A stretch of DNA of 64,000 bases, from NCBI GenBank assembly GCA_964016885.1, contig OZ024753.1, forward strand, positions 3,224,001 through 3,288,000, read 5' to 3'. A program made the position numbers and the translations under genes. The notes beneath the pieces are model-generated. The model was not told the DNA's origin. It did not search any database and saw only the letters and a program-made list of their open reading frames with translations. The DNA is from Eledone cirrhosa. Lineage: Eukaryota. Of the stretch, positions 14,397 through 29,637 are shown in pieces (the stretch's first letter is position 1; the number at the start of each line of letters is the position of its first letter).

Positions 14397-14584
14397 CTGA
14401 GGTGCTGAAATGTTCCTGGCTTTTGGTAAAAGAAAATACATGCAGACCAGTTAGAAGAAAATACAGGATGATCAGTTTATTATAATTTTATTCAACATAT
14501 TCCCTTCTTAGATTCACACTTATTGCACTAGTTCTACCTCCCCTTTTGTGATACTCTTAAACCAGGACTTTTTCAGCACCCCAG
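14397..14584. mobile_element. mariner-type MITE
   Basis: TA|ctgaggtgctgaaatgttcctgg ... ccaggactttttcagcaccccag|TA. Confidence 0.75.
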
Positions 14585-15315
14585 TACCAACCAAAAGCAC
14601 CTGATTTTAAGTTTTATAACCAGAATGGTTTAATCAATAAAAGTCATGTTTGCCACCCACCCTATCTGCAATATAGTTTGTCACACACCTTATCTGCAAT
14701 ATAGTTTGTCACCCACCCTACCTGCAATGTAACACAACATTTTAACTAATGTTGATGCTATTCATAAAATGCACTTAATAAAACGCAAAGAAATCTCTGA
14801 TAAAATTAATGTAGCAAAAATTTAACATGTAAAATTTAGTTGGTTTTAGATTTTCATATTCAAGCTATTTCCTATGGCTGGAATATTAAGGTACTAGAAT
14901 AACACAAGATATTGTTGATAGGTGTCATATCAATATTGTTTCATCTATTGTTCATTCTGTTATTCTCTACTACAGTAAATATTTTAGCAGAAGAAAGAAA
15001 CACACTAGTTAGAAAAGGAGAGTTGTGAGTATATATATGTTTGAGAAATAGAAAATGTTATTCTACAATTGCACTAAATTCACGGATGCCAAGCAGTTGT
15101 TGATGCATATGCATATGAAGAGTAAAAACGGTAGAGGAAGTCTAGGTTGGAATCTTATAAACATGTGCAAACAAATAAATGTTCTTGTAAGAAATTTGTT
15201 TCATATTCAACTCATTCTAAGAATTCTAACTCTGACAAGTTTGACATGGAGATACAGACTAGAAATTAATTTCATGGAAATTATTTATTTCACATGTTTG
15301 CATTTAAGGAGAATA

Positions 15316-15950
<635 letters not shown>

Positions 15951-16261
15951 GTGTTGATAACTAAAATATTTTAGCTTATTGATTATTATTTATGGGTAGT
16001 AAACTTTAAGAAATCAGTTGATGTTTGATTGTCTAGAGAAATAGCTGTCACTTCAATAGAATAGTGCAAGGAGGAAAATAAAATGCATTTAAATCAGATT
16101 TCCATTAAAAATATTTTTTTAAAGCAAATAATGAATTAAAGAGTGACTTTGTTTTGAATTATATTGAGAAAGTGTAATGAAAATCATAACAAATATAAAA
16201 TAAAAATCTGACATTTTTGTTATATTAATTTTTAAATGTTATTTCATATATATGATGATGA

Positions 16262-16492
16262 TTACACACAGATACACATATATATATATGTGTGTGTGTG
16301 TGTGTTTACAAGCACAAATGTATGTATGTGCATATATATATATTTATTTGTACACTGGCACATAAATGCCCATACATGTAAGTGGGTATATACATATATA
16401 TATAAATACACACACTCACACATATATATATATAGTCCCACCCTTGCAAGCAGGGAAAAGCGGACGTAAAATGATGATGATATACATGTATG

Positions 16493-16537
<45 letters not shown>

Positions 16538-16606
16538 ATATACATATACATATATATAGATAGATATACATATATCTATATATACATACATACACAGGCA
16601 CATGAA

Positions 16607-16648
<42 letters not shown>

Positions 16649-16700
16649 TACACACACTCATGCATAGATACACACTTATAGGTGCATGCATACACAAAAT
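16262..16700. repeat. TA/CA microsatellite containing an RTE 3' stub (16436-16482)
   Basis: gtcccacccttgcaagcagggaaaagcggacgtaaaatgatgatgata embedded in (TA)n; matches 10072-10110. Confidence 0.8.
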
Positions 16701-17095
16701 ATAATATATTGCTTTGTGTATGGGTTTTATTTGTTTTCAATTCATTTGCAAAACATTATTAAGATTTTATTTTTTCCTCTGAATCACACTGAATATAATA
16801 ATCAAGCAAACATGTTATTGGAAACAGAATGAAGAGGCGAAAGTGCAAAGGATTTTTATATTTATCTTTCAAAACAAAGAAAAAACCTAAAATATAAAAC
16901 ATAAAAATGGCATAAGGGAAAGTTAGCTTTGAAAATTCCATTAGCAGCCTTGGAATGTAACAACCATTATTTTCAACAATGAATCATCATATACGTAAAT
17001 ATTTTAATATTTTCTGTCAGGTCTCATTGATGATTATATATTTAGTTTGCAAATTTCTTTCCAAATTCCCCCATGAAAATATGTATTTATGCATA

Positions 17096-17140
<45 letters not shown>

Positions 17141-19030
17141 CCCATGCTAGCATGGAAAATGGACGTTAAATGGGAATGATGATATGCAGATATGTATGCA
17201 TATATATGTGTGTGTATATATGTATGCATGTATATAATATGTGTGAGTGTGTATATATATATATATATAGAGAGAGAGTAGTAATAGTATTAATGTATAT
17301 ATGAGTTTATGTGTTAGAGAGAGAGGGGGGGGGGGTAATTATAGAAAATAAAAAAATATTTAATTAACTCTCAAATGTTTTCAATTTTATTCCTGTATGT
17401 ATCATTTCTCCTCTAAATTTGCTGACATATCACTCATTACTCTCAAAAACATTTACCCTCTCTCATAATAGACACCGACATACATAATGTGCATATATAC
17501 ACACATATAGGCATACACTCTCGCACATACATATATATATATATATATGTGTGTGTGTATGTGTATATATATATATATATATATAAGAATTAATCCTATG
17601 TTTACCTATAAAATGAAATGAGGAATTGTTACTTAAAGTATTCAATGTATAAATCCTGAGTGGAAAAAAAAAGAATTTCCCAGAAGTTTCTTAATAAATC
17701 ATTTAGATACTCATGTTTTCTACCTAATTAAGGTAGGTTTTATAACAATTTTAGAACTTGATGTAAACCTTCCATGGAAGCAAAGTGAACCATTTTGTCT
17801 AAAGATGTTATCTCTGTATATGTCATTGAGTTTTTAAAGCAACATAGAGTCAGGCATATGATTTTAAACAGTAAATGTTTTGTTTGGTTTTGTTTCATTT
17901 GTGTCTGAGGATTATTGGGTTTGTTGGAGAATATATAGGTTAAGAGAAGTTATTCAGAAAGCAATTTCTTTCTTATTCATTCCCAAATATTCATTTGATA
18001 ACTTAGTGTGACAAGGCTGGCATTTTGAATTACAGGTCCAGTCCATCCTATGGCTTCCAAACAGTATCTGTCTACTTAAGTTCACTCACAATGCATGTGT
18101 TGACCCGAAGCTATGGTAAGTAACATAAGACTTGGCCAAAATGCCATGCAAAGGGATCAAGCCTGGGATCCAATGATTGTCAAGCAAGCCTACATACATA
18201 CATGATGATGATAGCTGCAACTCGATTTCGAGTAATGCTTGATACTTAAGCATGAGCATCACAGACATGGCTTTTTAGTCCTGCTAAGGACTTGCCTGTG
18301 GCCAGCAATATCATGCATTGCAAAAAATGTCACAAAGGCGCTTTGGAGGAATCCCATTTCAGCCGCTTATATTCGTGATCGTATTCTTTTGGTCATTAAT
18401 ATCTCCTTTATTTTCTTACTACAATAATCCATTGTGGATGTCAGCATGAGACATATATAAGTATTTTTTATGCTGTAGTAATGCAGAAGCAAAATTTGTA
18501 CTAAACAAGTTTAAAAAATTGTCTAAAATGTGTGTATGTGATTAATCTACTATATATAAGTATTCAATCATCATTTTAAAGAAACTAGAATAATTTTCAA
18601 CATGCTGACACAAGTGTGTATATGCATACATTTATAAGCATGCATATATAAATATAAACACGCAAACACATTTACAAAAATACACTCACAGACATACATT
18701 CACACAAACACACAGATGTAAAGAGAGAGAGGAGTAGTATGAGGTAGTCAAACTACTACTCTCTCTTTACTTGTTGTGACAGAATCACAGAAATGTATGT
18801 ATAGATTATGTCACCATTTGAGAAAACAACATTGTTGGTTACAGGTTTGCAAAAGGCTTATAAATGTTTCACTCCATTTACAATGGTGAGAGTCACATGG
18901 CATATACATATCCCAAATATTCTCCTAAGGTGAGAATATACATATATTCTTAACATATCTATACCCATGATTAATTTTACCTGTTATTTACTTCACATAA
19001 ATATTGGTCACACACAGATATGCACATCTA

Positions 19031-19454
19031 TCTATATACTAAAACTCTGTGATTGTGTGCTTGTCTGTAATTTAATACATCCCAAACGGTGCATAATGGG
19101 AAAACACAGTGAAAGGAAGTTGCCCCTGAAATGGGAATACAAATGGAATAAACAAGTTTTGCATAAATTGGAGCACAGGTTCCTGAGAAACGGTTTTTTT
19201 TTTACAGGTACCTTGATAAATAGAGAGAGAGAGAAAGATAGAGAGAAAGAGGTAGTGGTTGTGAGAGAGTAGATTGAAAGAGATACAGAGAGAGAGAGGG
19301 AAGGAGACAGAGAAGGAAAATGGAAGAGAGAGAGGGAAGGAGACAGAGAAGGAAAATGGAAGAGAGAGAGAGCTGTAAAAATTATTTTTCAGTGAACATG
19401 ATTTAAAAAAAATATCTTTAAGTGAACGTGACCCAATGGGTCATGGGTGACTAG
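19031..19454 (+). mobile_element. candidate non-autonomous Helitron
   Basis: 5' A|TCtatatactaaaac, 3' GC-rich hairpin cgtgaccc-aat-gggtcatg (19427-19445) followed by CTAG|T; no TSD; contains a GA-rich 36-bp duplication. Confidence 0.55.
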
Positions 19455-19704
19455 TATACTCTATAATTAAAATTACATCTTTATGTAAAAGATAAAAAAA
19501 TGTATACTTGCAAATTCATACGAAACAGGTGTTATTCAGCAAAACACTTACCTATTAAAAAATAAAACAAAAACTTTGTATTAATGTTTGGTTAAATGAA
19601 TTATTTTCATAACAAATAGATGAAAAGTAAAGAAAAAAAAACCTTCACTATTGAGTAACAATATCCATCTATAGATCAATTAGTCAATGAAGTACATTTC
19701 TATA

Positions 19705-20050
19705 TGTAGGAGAGTGTGTGTGTATGTATGTGAGAGTGTGTAGTGGAGAGTGAGTTTTGTATGTGAGTGGGTGTGTGAGTGTGTAGGAGAGTGTGTGTGT
19801 ATGTGAGTGTGTAGCAGAGTGAGTGTGTATGTGAATGACTGTGTAAGAGAGTGAATGTGTATGTGAGTGTGTGTGAGTGTGTAGGGAAGTGAGTGTTTGT
19901 ATGTGAATATGTATGTGTGTGTGTGTGTGAGTGTAGGAGAGTGAGTATTATGTGAGTGTGTAGGAGAATGTTTCTGTGAGTGTGTATGTGGGTATGTATA
20001 TGAGGGTGTAGGGGAGTGTGTAGGGAGTGTATAGGGAAGTGAAGGTGTGT
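19705..20050. repeat. degenerate GT/GA-rich repeat
   Basis: gtgtgtatgtgagtgtgtaggaga-type units. Confidence 0.85.
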
Positions 20051-20166
20051 ATTACTATGCAACTACATTTTTGACTTCAGTAACCTATGACTAATATGTT
20101 TGATCCTGATTCATAATTCAGAATCACAGAGTTCATAATACAGAGAATGATAAAATGATATTCAAA

Positions 20167-20408
20167 ATAATTGTTTCTACTATTGGCACAAGGCCAGCAA
20201 TTACCCAGTGTATTACTGGTACTTTATTTTATCGACCCCGTAAGGATGAAAGGCAAAATAATGCTTTGTAATTTTGGCTCAAGGCCAGTAACTTTGAAGG
20301 AAGGGAAAGTCAATTATACAGAGACTAGTACTTGACTGGTACTTTATTTTATCAACTCTCGGAAGGATGAAAAAGAAAATGACTATTGGCAGGATTTGAA
20401 CTCAGAAC
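20167..20408 (-). mobile_element. two adjacent 5'-truncated SINE copies
   Basis: 20167-20257 and ~20262-20408 both carry ggtactttattttatc...ggatgaaa and the ttggcacaaggccagcaatt-type tail. Confidence 0.75.
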
Positions 20409-21522
20409 ATTTGAGGATGCTGAGAGGAATCTGGAGGTCCTTCCACATGAAATAGATGACCAAATCAAATGGAGAAGGAGAGTCAGGGTAATCCATGCAA
20501 CCAGCATACGAAGATGATGATGATGAAATAATTTATTTTCAAATTGTATTTTTTCTGAAGTTTTCGATAATTATGGTGTACAATGTAGGTAATTAATAGT
20601 GAAGGCAGAGTCTTAGAAGAGAAGAACAGTAAAATTATATTCTACCTTCAGAGTGATATGTACTTATTTAATGAAATAAGTTTTGATGTAAATATTGAAC
20701 TCATGTTTGTACATACATCTTGAGTGTCGAAAAATTGGTTTAGTAGTGTCATGTGTATAGGTAGTGACCCACAAGAACAGCCTGAACCAGCCAAGCAAAG
20801 GTTGTCATAGCCATTCATCTGCTTTACCTCTATGATATGCAGAACCAAGATGTATCCATTCTCTTGGTCCCAACACAGAAAATATTAATCAAGAGGATAA
20901 CAAAAGATATGTATTGAAATAATTGTTCAACCTCACATGATTGATTCTAGCATATGGCCAACTCAGTCAAGATAAAAGTGTGTAGGGAGGTGGTTTGGAG
21001 ACCCAGAAAGCCAAACATCTCCACCACTATAGGATCAATGACAAACTTATTGGAAAGTGGCTGATGCTTCAGCACCTTGAAATCTTCAGCTTGTCAGCTG
21101 ATAAAATCTAAGTGTGGTGTTGAATTTACTAAGTGACAGCTGGGAAACTTGTTGCTGCATGATGCATCACCATGGAACAAGAAGATTGTGTTACCACCTG
21201 GCCATTTGCTGTTCTCTTGCTCTAAACCTATCAGTTTGAGCTGTGATAGGAAGTCACAGCATCTATGCCATGCTTAATGATCTCAGAGTTATCAAATATT
21301 TTTCTTTTTATGTCAGAAAGTAAACACACTAGAAAGAGCTATATAGTCTCTGAGATAATACTCGTTCATGAAAAGATAATGCAACTTCCTCAAATGTTTG
21401 TCCTTGAATATACTAAATGTATTAAAAATTGACTGATCTCGCTTTAAGATGAGAGACAATTTGGCATCACATGAGCAGAATTTGCTCCATGGAATTAAAA
21501 CCTTTGATTCTGATTTTGCATT

Positions 21523-21700
21523 TTGGCAGTATCAGTAGAGGGTCGGACGCCATGCTTTCCAGCATAGTTATGTCTCTTTACGATCTGAGTTCAAATCCCG
21601 CCGAGATTGACTTTGCCTTTCATCCTTACAGGGTCGATAAAATAAAGTACCAGTAATGCACTGGGCAATTGCTGGCCTTGTGCCTAAAGTAGAAACAATT
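21523..21700 (+). mobile_element. tRNA-derived SINE
   Basis: A-box-like tggcagtatcagt, B-box gagttcaaatcc, central gactttgcctttcatccttacagggtcgataaaataaagtaccag (resembles the Meta-type SINE domain), tail ggccttgtgcctaaagtagaaacaatt. Confidence 0.85.
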
Positions 21701-23287
21701 AATTAACACTGTTTCTCGGCAGGAATTGTGTAGGTTAGCAATCTTCATTCTTGTTCCATTGTATAATTCTTGTTGGAAGGATATATTTCATAAAAGCCTA
21801 ACTATTGCATCATGCTTTAAATTCAATTTATGAGGTGACATTCCAGATGGAGTCAGTAGGATAAAAAATTCAGATGAATGGTTAGTTCTCTCTTCACCAC
21901 TTCCTTATTAAATTAGATTAAGATTCAGGTATGAAACTATTTTGCTCGGAAATATCTCCAGCACTTGTTCATTAAATATTTACTAGTGGCTGGTTCTTGA
22001 AGCCAATATAACTTGTAACACACAATATTGTAGTGTTGCATTGGAGTACATATCTATAAGAAAATTTTCAGAAATATTTTTGAACCCTGTAAACTATAAT
22101 TGCTGTTGTTCAGGAGAATAATTACAGTTTCCACGATAATTTAACATTACAGTTATTGTTTGATGGCACCCCCATCCTTATCTTTGTAGATTCTCATGTG
22201 TCACCAATATACAGTTGTTAGCATTACCTCTGTTCATTTTCTGAATTATTATTTGTATTACATCTGATCTTGCATTGAGAAACATTAAATAACTCTACTG
22301 AAGTTGGACTAACCATTAAGCAAAATAAGCACATACTTAGAGCATACATGAAAGAGGTGTACCATTTTATTCAAATTAATTGTATTTTGCAGTAAAAAAA
22401 AATTACAGACTTTACATAGGGGAGGGCACCATAGTTTTTAAAGAGATTAAAGCATCAAAAGAACTGTATTCAGCTCTATCATGAGGTACATGAATATTTG
22501 CTTCAAATAACATAAATGATGTGTATTATTACATTTGCTGATGCTGTGTCTGAAAGTATTTATCAAGTTCCTTTTAAGGAAGGCACAAAACGTTCATAGA
22601 TACAATCATAGATACAGTCATAGTGATCATATGTCCACATTTCCATTTATGCAGCTATTGTATATGTCACCTTTGAAACAATATATTCTACAGTGAGGAC
22701 ATGTTCAATTTATGTTTATATTTTCAATGATGCTCTTTATATATTCTCTTTTCAGATACTTTTTTCTTTCATTCTCGTTTATATTTTCACTTGTTTCAAT
22801 CAGCTTCTATCTCTTATTACAGATAACAATAAAGATGGGGGGGGGGGGGGGGGGCTCCAAGAGACCAAGGCATTGCGACAGTACAGCATTAAATATAGAA
22901 TTACATTGAGAAAAAAAGGCAAAATCAAATATAACAGTAAGCGAAAATAATGAGGGAATAGCAATAAATTGTAATGGCAAAAATAACCACAAGGAAAGGT
23001 CCCTAAAATGAAGAGCAACCACATAGAATGATTCAAGGTAGCTCACAATAAAAAATGTACTTGGATCATCTAAGAGCCTTGTCAAATTTTACAGTCTTTG
23101 AATGTACAGAAACACCAGCCACAACACCTGAAGAACCTCTAGAATTGATGTTGGATGTGGTGAGCAGATAAACCTTTTGATTCAACAGAAACTATCCTTT
23201 CCACAAGAAACAAAAAGAGAATATGCTCTAATCTAATCAAATGCTTCCCGAATAAGACCTAATGATCTGGAAGTATTTTCACACTAT

Positions 23288-23508
23288 GGTGGATTGGCAG
23301 AATCAGTAGAGAATCGGATACCATGCTTTGCAGCATAGAGTTATACCCCTTTACATTCTGAATTAAAATCCCGCCAGACTTAGCTTTGCCTTTCATCCTT
23401 ACGGAGTCGATAAAATAAAGTACCAGCCATATACTGGGGTCGATTTAATCGACTTTCCCTTCCCCCGCAAAATTGTTGTCCTTCTGCCTATAGAAGAAAG
23501 CATTATTA
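23288..23508 (+). mobile_element. tRNA-derived SINE, longer subfamily
   Basis: Same head and central domain plus extra ggggtcgatttaatcgactttcccttcccc segment. Confidence 0.85.
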
Positions 23509-24474
23509 TACTACCAAAGTAATGGGGCATTAGCCCCAACTACTTGGTCTTTCAGTGATAGCTTCTTCATAACCTATTTCTGTGAGAATCTGATTTCTAT
23601 GCTTGCGACTTGTTCCCAGACGTTATCTACCTGGAAATTTGAAAACTATACTAGACAGCAATTAATTTAAACAGCAGTCGTTGGCCCACATACCTCCCCA
23701 TTAGGTAAATTGAAAGCTCCACAAAATATATTTAATTCTATAATTTATTTATAATTCAAATGTTAACTTCAAGAATTTAACAAAATTCATAAATTCTATG
23801 TAGTAATAACAGCCACTCTAGATCTGATAATCGTTTTTATGCCCCATTTTATATTTCCTTCGCTATTTATTAATTCTTAGTGATATAGAAAGATACATAT
23901 ATAACTTACTACATTGCAATATAGTAGAATATATATTGCTATTATCACTTATGTGCTTTTAACTGATTTTAAAAGTAATTCTATTATCTCCAAGGTGCAA
24001 TACTTTTAACTTTGAGAGAGACACTATCTGAATATATTAGACTAATTCATGTTATCACATTTGTACTAATGACCCTGCCAGTAGGATTTAAAATCAGTAA
24101 TTTAAAGTGAAAACTCAGCTTGCAACCATCTATGCTAACATTTCTCATCACTGATAATAATAGTTTCTTTTAAATTGCAAAAAGTTAAACATGTATGTTG
24201 ATTAACCTCAGAATTTTCCATCTAGGGAAAAATGAAAATTAAAAGTTGGTCAAAGTTTGATTTTAGCTCAAAAATATGCTACACTTCATTATATAACACA
24301 AAGCATCTATTCTGTTTCTTTATCAATCACATCCAATTACATATCCATAATAAATTTTGACTGAAAATAGTTGAATTCATATTGCTCCAGGAAGCATTTT
24401 AGCCACGAATAAATTATAGAAAAGAATTGAAAAGTATATTTAAAACAATAAAGATATTTTTAAGAGATTTATTT

Positions 24475-24605
24475 CATAACCACATGATTCCTGGTTCAAT
24501 TTCACTATGCAACTACTTGAGCAAGTGTCTTCAATTGTAGCGTTTGGTAATCAAATGCCTTTTGAGTAGAACTTGGTAGATGAAAACTGTGTAGAAAGCT
24601 GTCAT
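24475..24605 (+). mobile_element. degenerate SINE of a second family (CORE-like)
   Basis: ggttcaatttcactatgcaactacttgagcaagtgtcttc...tggtagatgaaaactgtgtagaaagc; related decayed copies at ~3640-3780, 9095-9200, 18085-18190(-), 33110-33215(-), 53800-53945, 56690-56830. Confidence 0.55.
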
Positions 24606-27600
24606 GTGTATATATGTTCCTGTTTGTTTCTATTGCTTATTTTGTGTCCAGAGAATAATAAAATATGTACCAGACCAGTATAAGCAAGGAAGTTAATATT
24701 ATTAGCTCATCCCCTTACATGACTTCAGACCAATGTTTGAAACCAGTAAAAGAAAAATTGCATGAAAGAAGTTTTATTATTACTACCACCACCACCATCA
24801 TCATAATCATACATTATTTTCCCATGCTTCCATTAGCCAGACCAAAAACGCAAAACAGAGTGAGAGAGAACTGAATTTTGTCTTCATGGTCAAATATAAT
24901 CCAGAGCTGTATGTAGAGAATTTTTGTAAACTATGCCACATTTCTTATTTAAACAAGTGACAAGTTATAGCTTCATAGGAGTATGTAGGTATGATCTCCA
25001 ATACATTTAGTGAATTAACACTAATTCCACTAAACTACCACTCCAATCTTATAGGTGCACTAACCCTAACCCAACTATGCAGTACATAGCTGTCAGTACT
25101 CAAGTGTAGTAAATGTATTTTTGTCCCCAGTGTTTTTAATTAGTTATAATATACCTTTTTCTTCTAAATAAATGTTTTGAAACTCATTATAGACCATGTT
25201 AAATGTGAAAAAAAAAAAAGAATGAAAAATAAATAAACATAATAAGAAACAAAAACAATAAAAACATGCAGCTATTTATGCTTTTAATATTTGATATAGT
25301 TGGACAACATACAAAATGAAACCTTTTAAAATTGTTCAAAAGATTTTCATTAAAAAATATATAGAAAATTTGAGTATGGCATACGTGCTACACAGTACTG
25401 CTAAAAAGGATCCATCACATTGTATTTTACATCAATAGAGTTCTGCTTTGAACTATCCCTTTATTACAAGTGTTAATTTGTTTCTTCATGCAATTGATAC
25501 TTTCAACAGGTAGTTCTTTGAAAATATTTCAGAGAACCTCTAGAAATTAGCCAAATATTAACATGATCTTCCAGATAAATATGTATTTCAATTGTGTTTA
25601 AAAGGCAGTCTAAAAGCTCTACTGGAGCAGAATATGCATTTATAGGCAGCTTGGGGGCATTCTATACAATTTCATTATCAAGGAATATGGTTAGGAATAA
25701 TAAGTTGAATCAATTCAAAGACAGATGAAAGTTGGATTCAGTAAGTGAATTTAAATATGAAGTCAATCACATGATCTGAATTACCTTGAAGCAAATACCA
25801 CTTTCTCAGAAGTTGATATGTGATGGCAGTAATAGTGATCTGAAGGCATTATTGTGTGTCTCGCAAGCAATTTTACTAGCTGTTTGCATATCAATGCTCA
25901 GAAACAGGTTAATATAAAAAGGGTAATAATTAAAAGTAGTTTAACAATTGAAAAGCAAGTATAGCTTTTCTAGCTTCATAAGAAGAGAGTGGGAGAGATA
26001 GCAAGTGGTATGATAAGTTTATGGTTTAATGGTAATATATAAGAAACTATTTCTCTCTTTGTTTAACAGAGATGTAACTGGAGTTCAAAACTGGATTCAA
26101 ACAAGCTGAGCTTCAATGAATAACATATTGAAAAGCTGTAAGAATGAATAGGAATTTTGAAAATGCTAGAATGTATACAAGTATTGGTTTATTAAAAGTT
26201 TCTAGTTGAATTCACCATATTCAATTTGTAAAATACGAAAAAATAAATAAGAAATCATACAATGAAAGCATTATGATCAGTGGAAGTATATAAACTATAC
26301 TAAAACCTCAGATGGAGTGTTAAAGACCAAATACCACAGGCAATGTTACAAGTAGGAATTCCTTCCTTCAACCCCAAATTTCTGGTGGAGTCCTAGATCT
26401 GCCGACATGACATCCAGCATGCTTTGGGCTTTGGGCATTTTAAACCTGGTGGAGCCTATCTCCTGACATACAGAAGGTTTCAAGTATCTTAAACCTGGTG
26501 GAGCCCACTGCTTTCCAGGTTCGACCATAACTGATTTCTTCTTCTTAGGGAGAGAGGGGAGGGTGGGGAGGGAGATATCCAACTCTTGAACTTGTCTGGC
26601 ATTTTATATATTGATTCCAATTAAGTGCAGCTACCTGGAACGAATACTGCAAGACATTCTCTAAGTTTTCTGCCAATTTCTCATCTTACATCTAAGAATA
26701 TAAATATCTGAATACTACAATCATGAACTACGTATATAGCTTTTTAAATATTCCCTTTAATTCATGATTTAATTAAAGTTTGAGAGTTATTTCAAAATAG
26801 TAACTGTCCAAACCCTGATGTTAAATGATGATGATGGTAATGGTAATTAAATATATCTGTGGGCCATGGAAATTTAGAGTGTTGCTACTTCTATTAACAA
26901 CAAATAGAAAGAGTACATGATAAACATGGTGTGACTAAGGTCTGGTCATGTATTATAATTAGTCATAGACAATTGTGACTGCAGGCCCATAATATCAGAA
27001 AAGCAGTGAACACGTTACATGAATCTGAATAGTAGGTTGTGTTGATAAATAAACTTAAAACAGGAGGCTTCACAATCACATTTCAGACATATTAGAAGAT
27101 AGTATATGCTCCAAATCCAAATCTATCTCACTCTTGTTGGAGACCTCCTTTGATTGACCTCCTCTGCATCCTATTTCTGGCCATACTGGGCCATATGGAA
27201 CCAAGCATTGGCTCAGATCATAACCATACTCATTAAATCATAGAATAAAATCGGTTATAGGTGTTTTGTGCTGTAGTTTCTATTTGAAGGTGATTAGAAT
27301 GGTCAAGGAAATGTGAACCTATAAACAAAATGTTAAGCTGAAAGGTTTTACATCTAAATCTTCGAATGACACCTACTTATCCAACAGGAAATTCTTTCTA
27401 TTCCTTAGATTCATATCTCATGATATCTAACTATTATCATCATCTTTACACATATTGTTGTAGAAAAAACAAAACCCTGAACACACATGCATAACTAAAA
27501 GTGGACTAGGCAAAATGTCTATGAATAACAACTGAAGTGAACTGACAGTAGATTGTATCTACGTAGTCTCTCGTTGGTAGTTCAAGATTATGCCTGGTGA

Positions 27601-29637
27601 ATACTTTGGTTTTACCCTTGTTTTGTACAGATATACTAAACAGATGTATCATACCATTATAACACATAAACACACATACAAGTCTCAAAATTTCCAAGTC
27701 ATTGAGTTAGTAGAAATGGTAGAAAGCTAGAAAATATTAATTTTATCACTTAGGTAAGGGATAAAAGTCAATGCCCATGATACTTTTTATTAGAAACCTC
27801 TAAAACTGATATGGGAAATGAGAAAGGTGTCCTCAAAGCCATGGTGATAAATAGGGTGAGTGATTAAGTCTACCTCGCCATCTAAGGTAAAACACTACAG
27901 AATTTGAACTCAGTATGAAAAGAGCTGGAACAAAGGCAACACTAACATCTCCATTAGTTCATCACCAAATTCTGGTATCTACTAATTGATCTCAGAAAGA
28001 TGGGAAGCAACGCTGACCTTGATAAAAATTGAACTCAAAATGCAAGGAGCTGGAATATATACCACAAATTATTTTGTCCGAAGCTATAATGCTCTTGCCA
28101 ATTTGCTACCTATAATATGTATTCATATCTCCAGGTTTTGAATTCAAATTCCAAGAAAGTTAGAATGTTTTCTTCTGTCTTGGAAGTTGATAAAGTAAGT
28201 ATCCCTATTCGACAGAATTTGACCCAGATACATACACTCTCCTGCTAACAATGTTTTTTAAATAAAAAAAAAATCAATATTTGCAGGTAAAGCAGGAATT
28301 CACTTTAGCAATGAAAATAGCTATTACAGCAATCTATGAAAATATATGAACTGCTTAATTACAAAATATCTGCCCATTATCATTAGAAAATTAAATCTAT
28401 TTCACAAATTGCTTAGAAAATGTAACAACAAAAATATGCTATTATAGTTAATTCATAATAAAAAAAAACCCTGTAAAATTATATAATATCATAATAATAT
28501 ATAAGGATAAGAACTGTTTAATGGGGTAAATTAACAGATTTAAATTGAAATATAAATCAATGTTTTTATAGTAAGGCACATACATTAGATAATGCAGGAG
28601 AAAAAGCAAAATATAAGAGGTAATGTACGTTTTAGGTTAACCAAAGGATTAAATGATGGGGAATTTTCTGCTTCAGTTGAATGTATTCAAGTATATATAA
28701 CTGTGTAGGATGAATATATCCTAATTTTATAAGTATGTGTACAGAAATGTGTTATGTGGTGCTTATACAGGTCCCATTCTACTTAATATTAGCTTTTGTT
28801 CAGTTTTTATGCTATTAAGGGTTGAAAAAGCTTTACCTTTTAAAGTTTAGTCAGGGAGGAAGGAAAGGCAGTGAAAATGACACCTTTAGGGTCTCTAAAA
28901 CTGACGGGAAGGAGAAGTGAAAGATATCTCCTAACTAGAGACCAGGCTGAAATGTTTGCAACAGAGTTGACTCTGACATAAGAATGAGTGGCCAGTTACA
29001 GCTGGTTTGAACAGAAAGAAATGAGAGAATGCTGGCCAGAAGCGGCCGGTTTAAATACTCAAAGGGTTAAATATATCAACAGTGTATTTTATTAGAAGCA
29101 TGGTGGTAACAAAAGGGTTAAAACTTTCAAACTACTGATGATTTGAACCACTCAAATGGAGGCAGTTTAGAAGATGTAAGAAAACATCTGTATTTATTTA
29201 TTTATTGGATAATGTGTCATTGCATTATTAATGAGTAAAGATAGTTTAGTAAATATTAAATTTTTTTTTGTTGTGAAATTGAAATATACTTTATTTGAAG
29301 AATGACATCATTATCACCATTTTCCGTCTGTTTTCCACATTTTAGTTAGATGGGTTGTCATGTTCTAATGCCAGGCTAGTTAGATGACTGTATTGCACCC
29401 AGATGTTCCACTGGATATTCTTTCAAATGCCAACCACTATGCAGTGTGTACCTGGTGCATTTATAATCGCACTATCCTTACTTCCTGATAGGATGGTCTG
29501 GGTGCTTTAAAGTGTATCACCATCACTACTACTTTACATAAAATAGTAACAATATAACATGAAAACCTTATGAAATGCTTACCTATGTTAAATACTTCCT
29601 CTATTATCAGGAGACACAACAGTACAAATCATCTTAA

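Noticed and set aside
25061-25072. taaccctaaccc telomere-like motif
   Set aside because: Only two units; expected by chance.
26050-26143. Plus-strand acceptor (ttctctctttgtttaacag) and gtaaga donor defining a ~67-nt exon
   Set aside because: Stops in all three frames and no supporting neighbouring exons.
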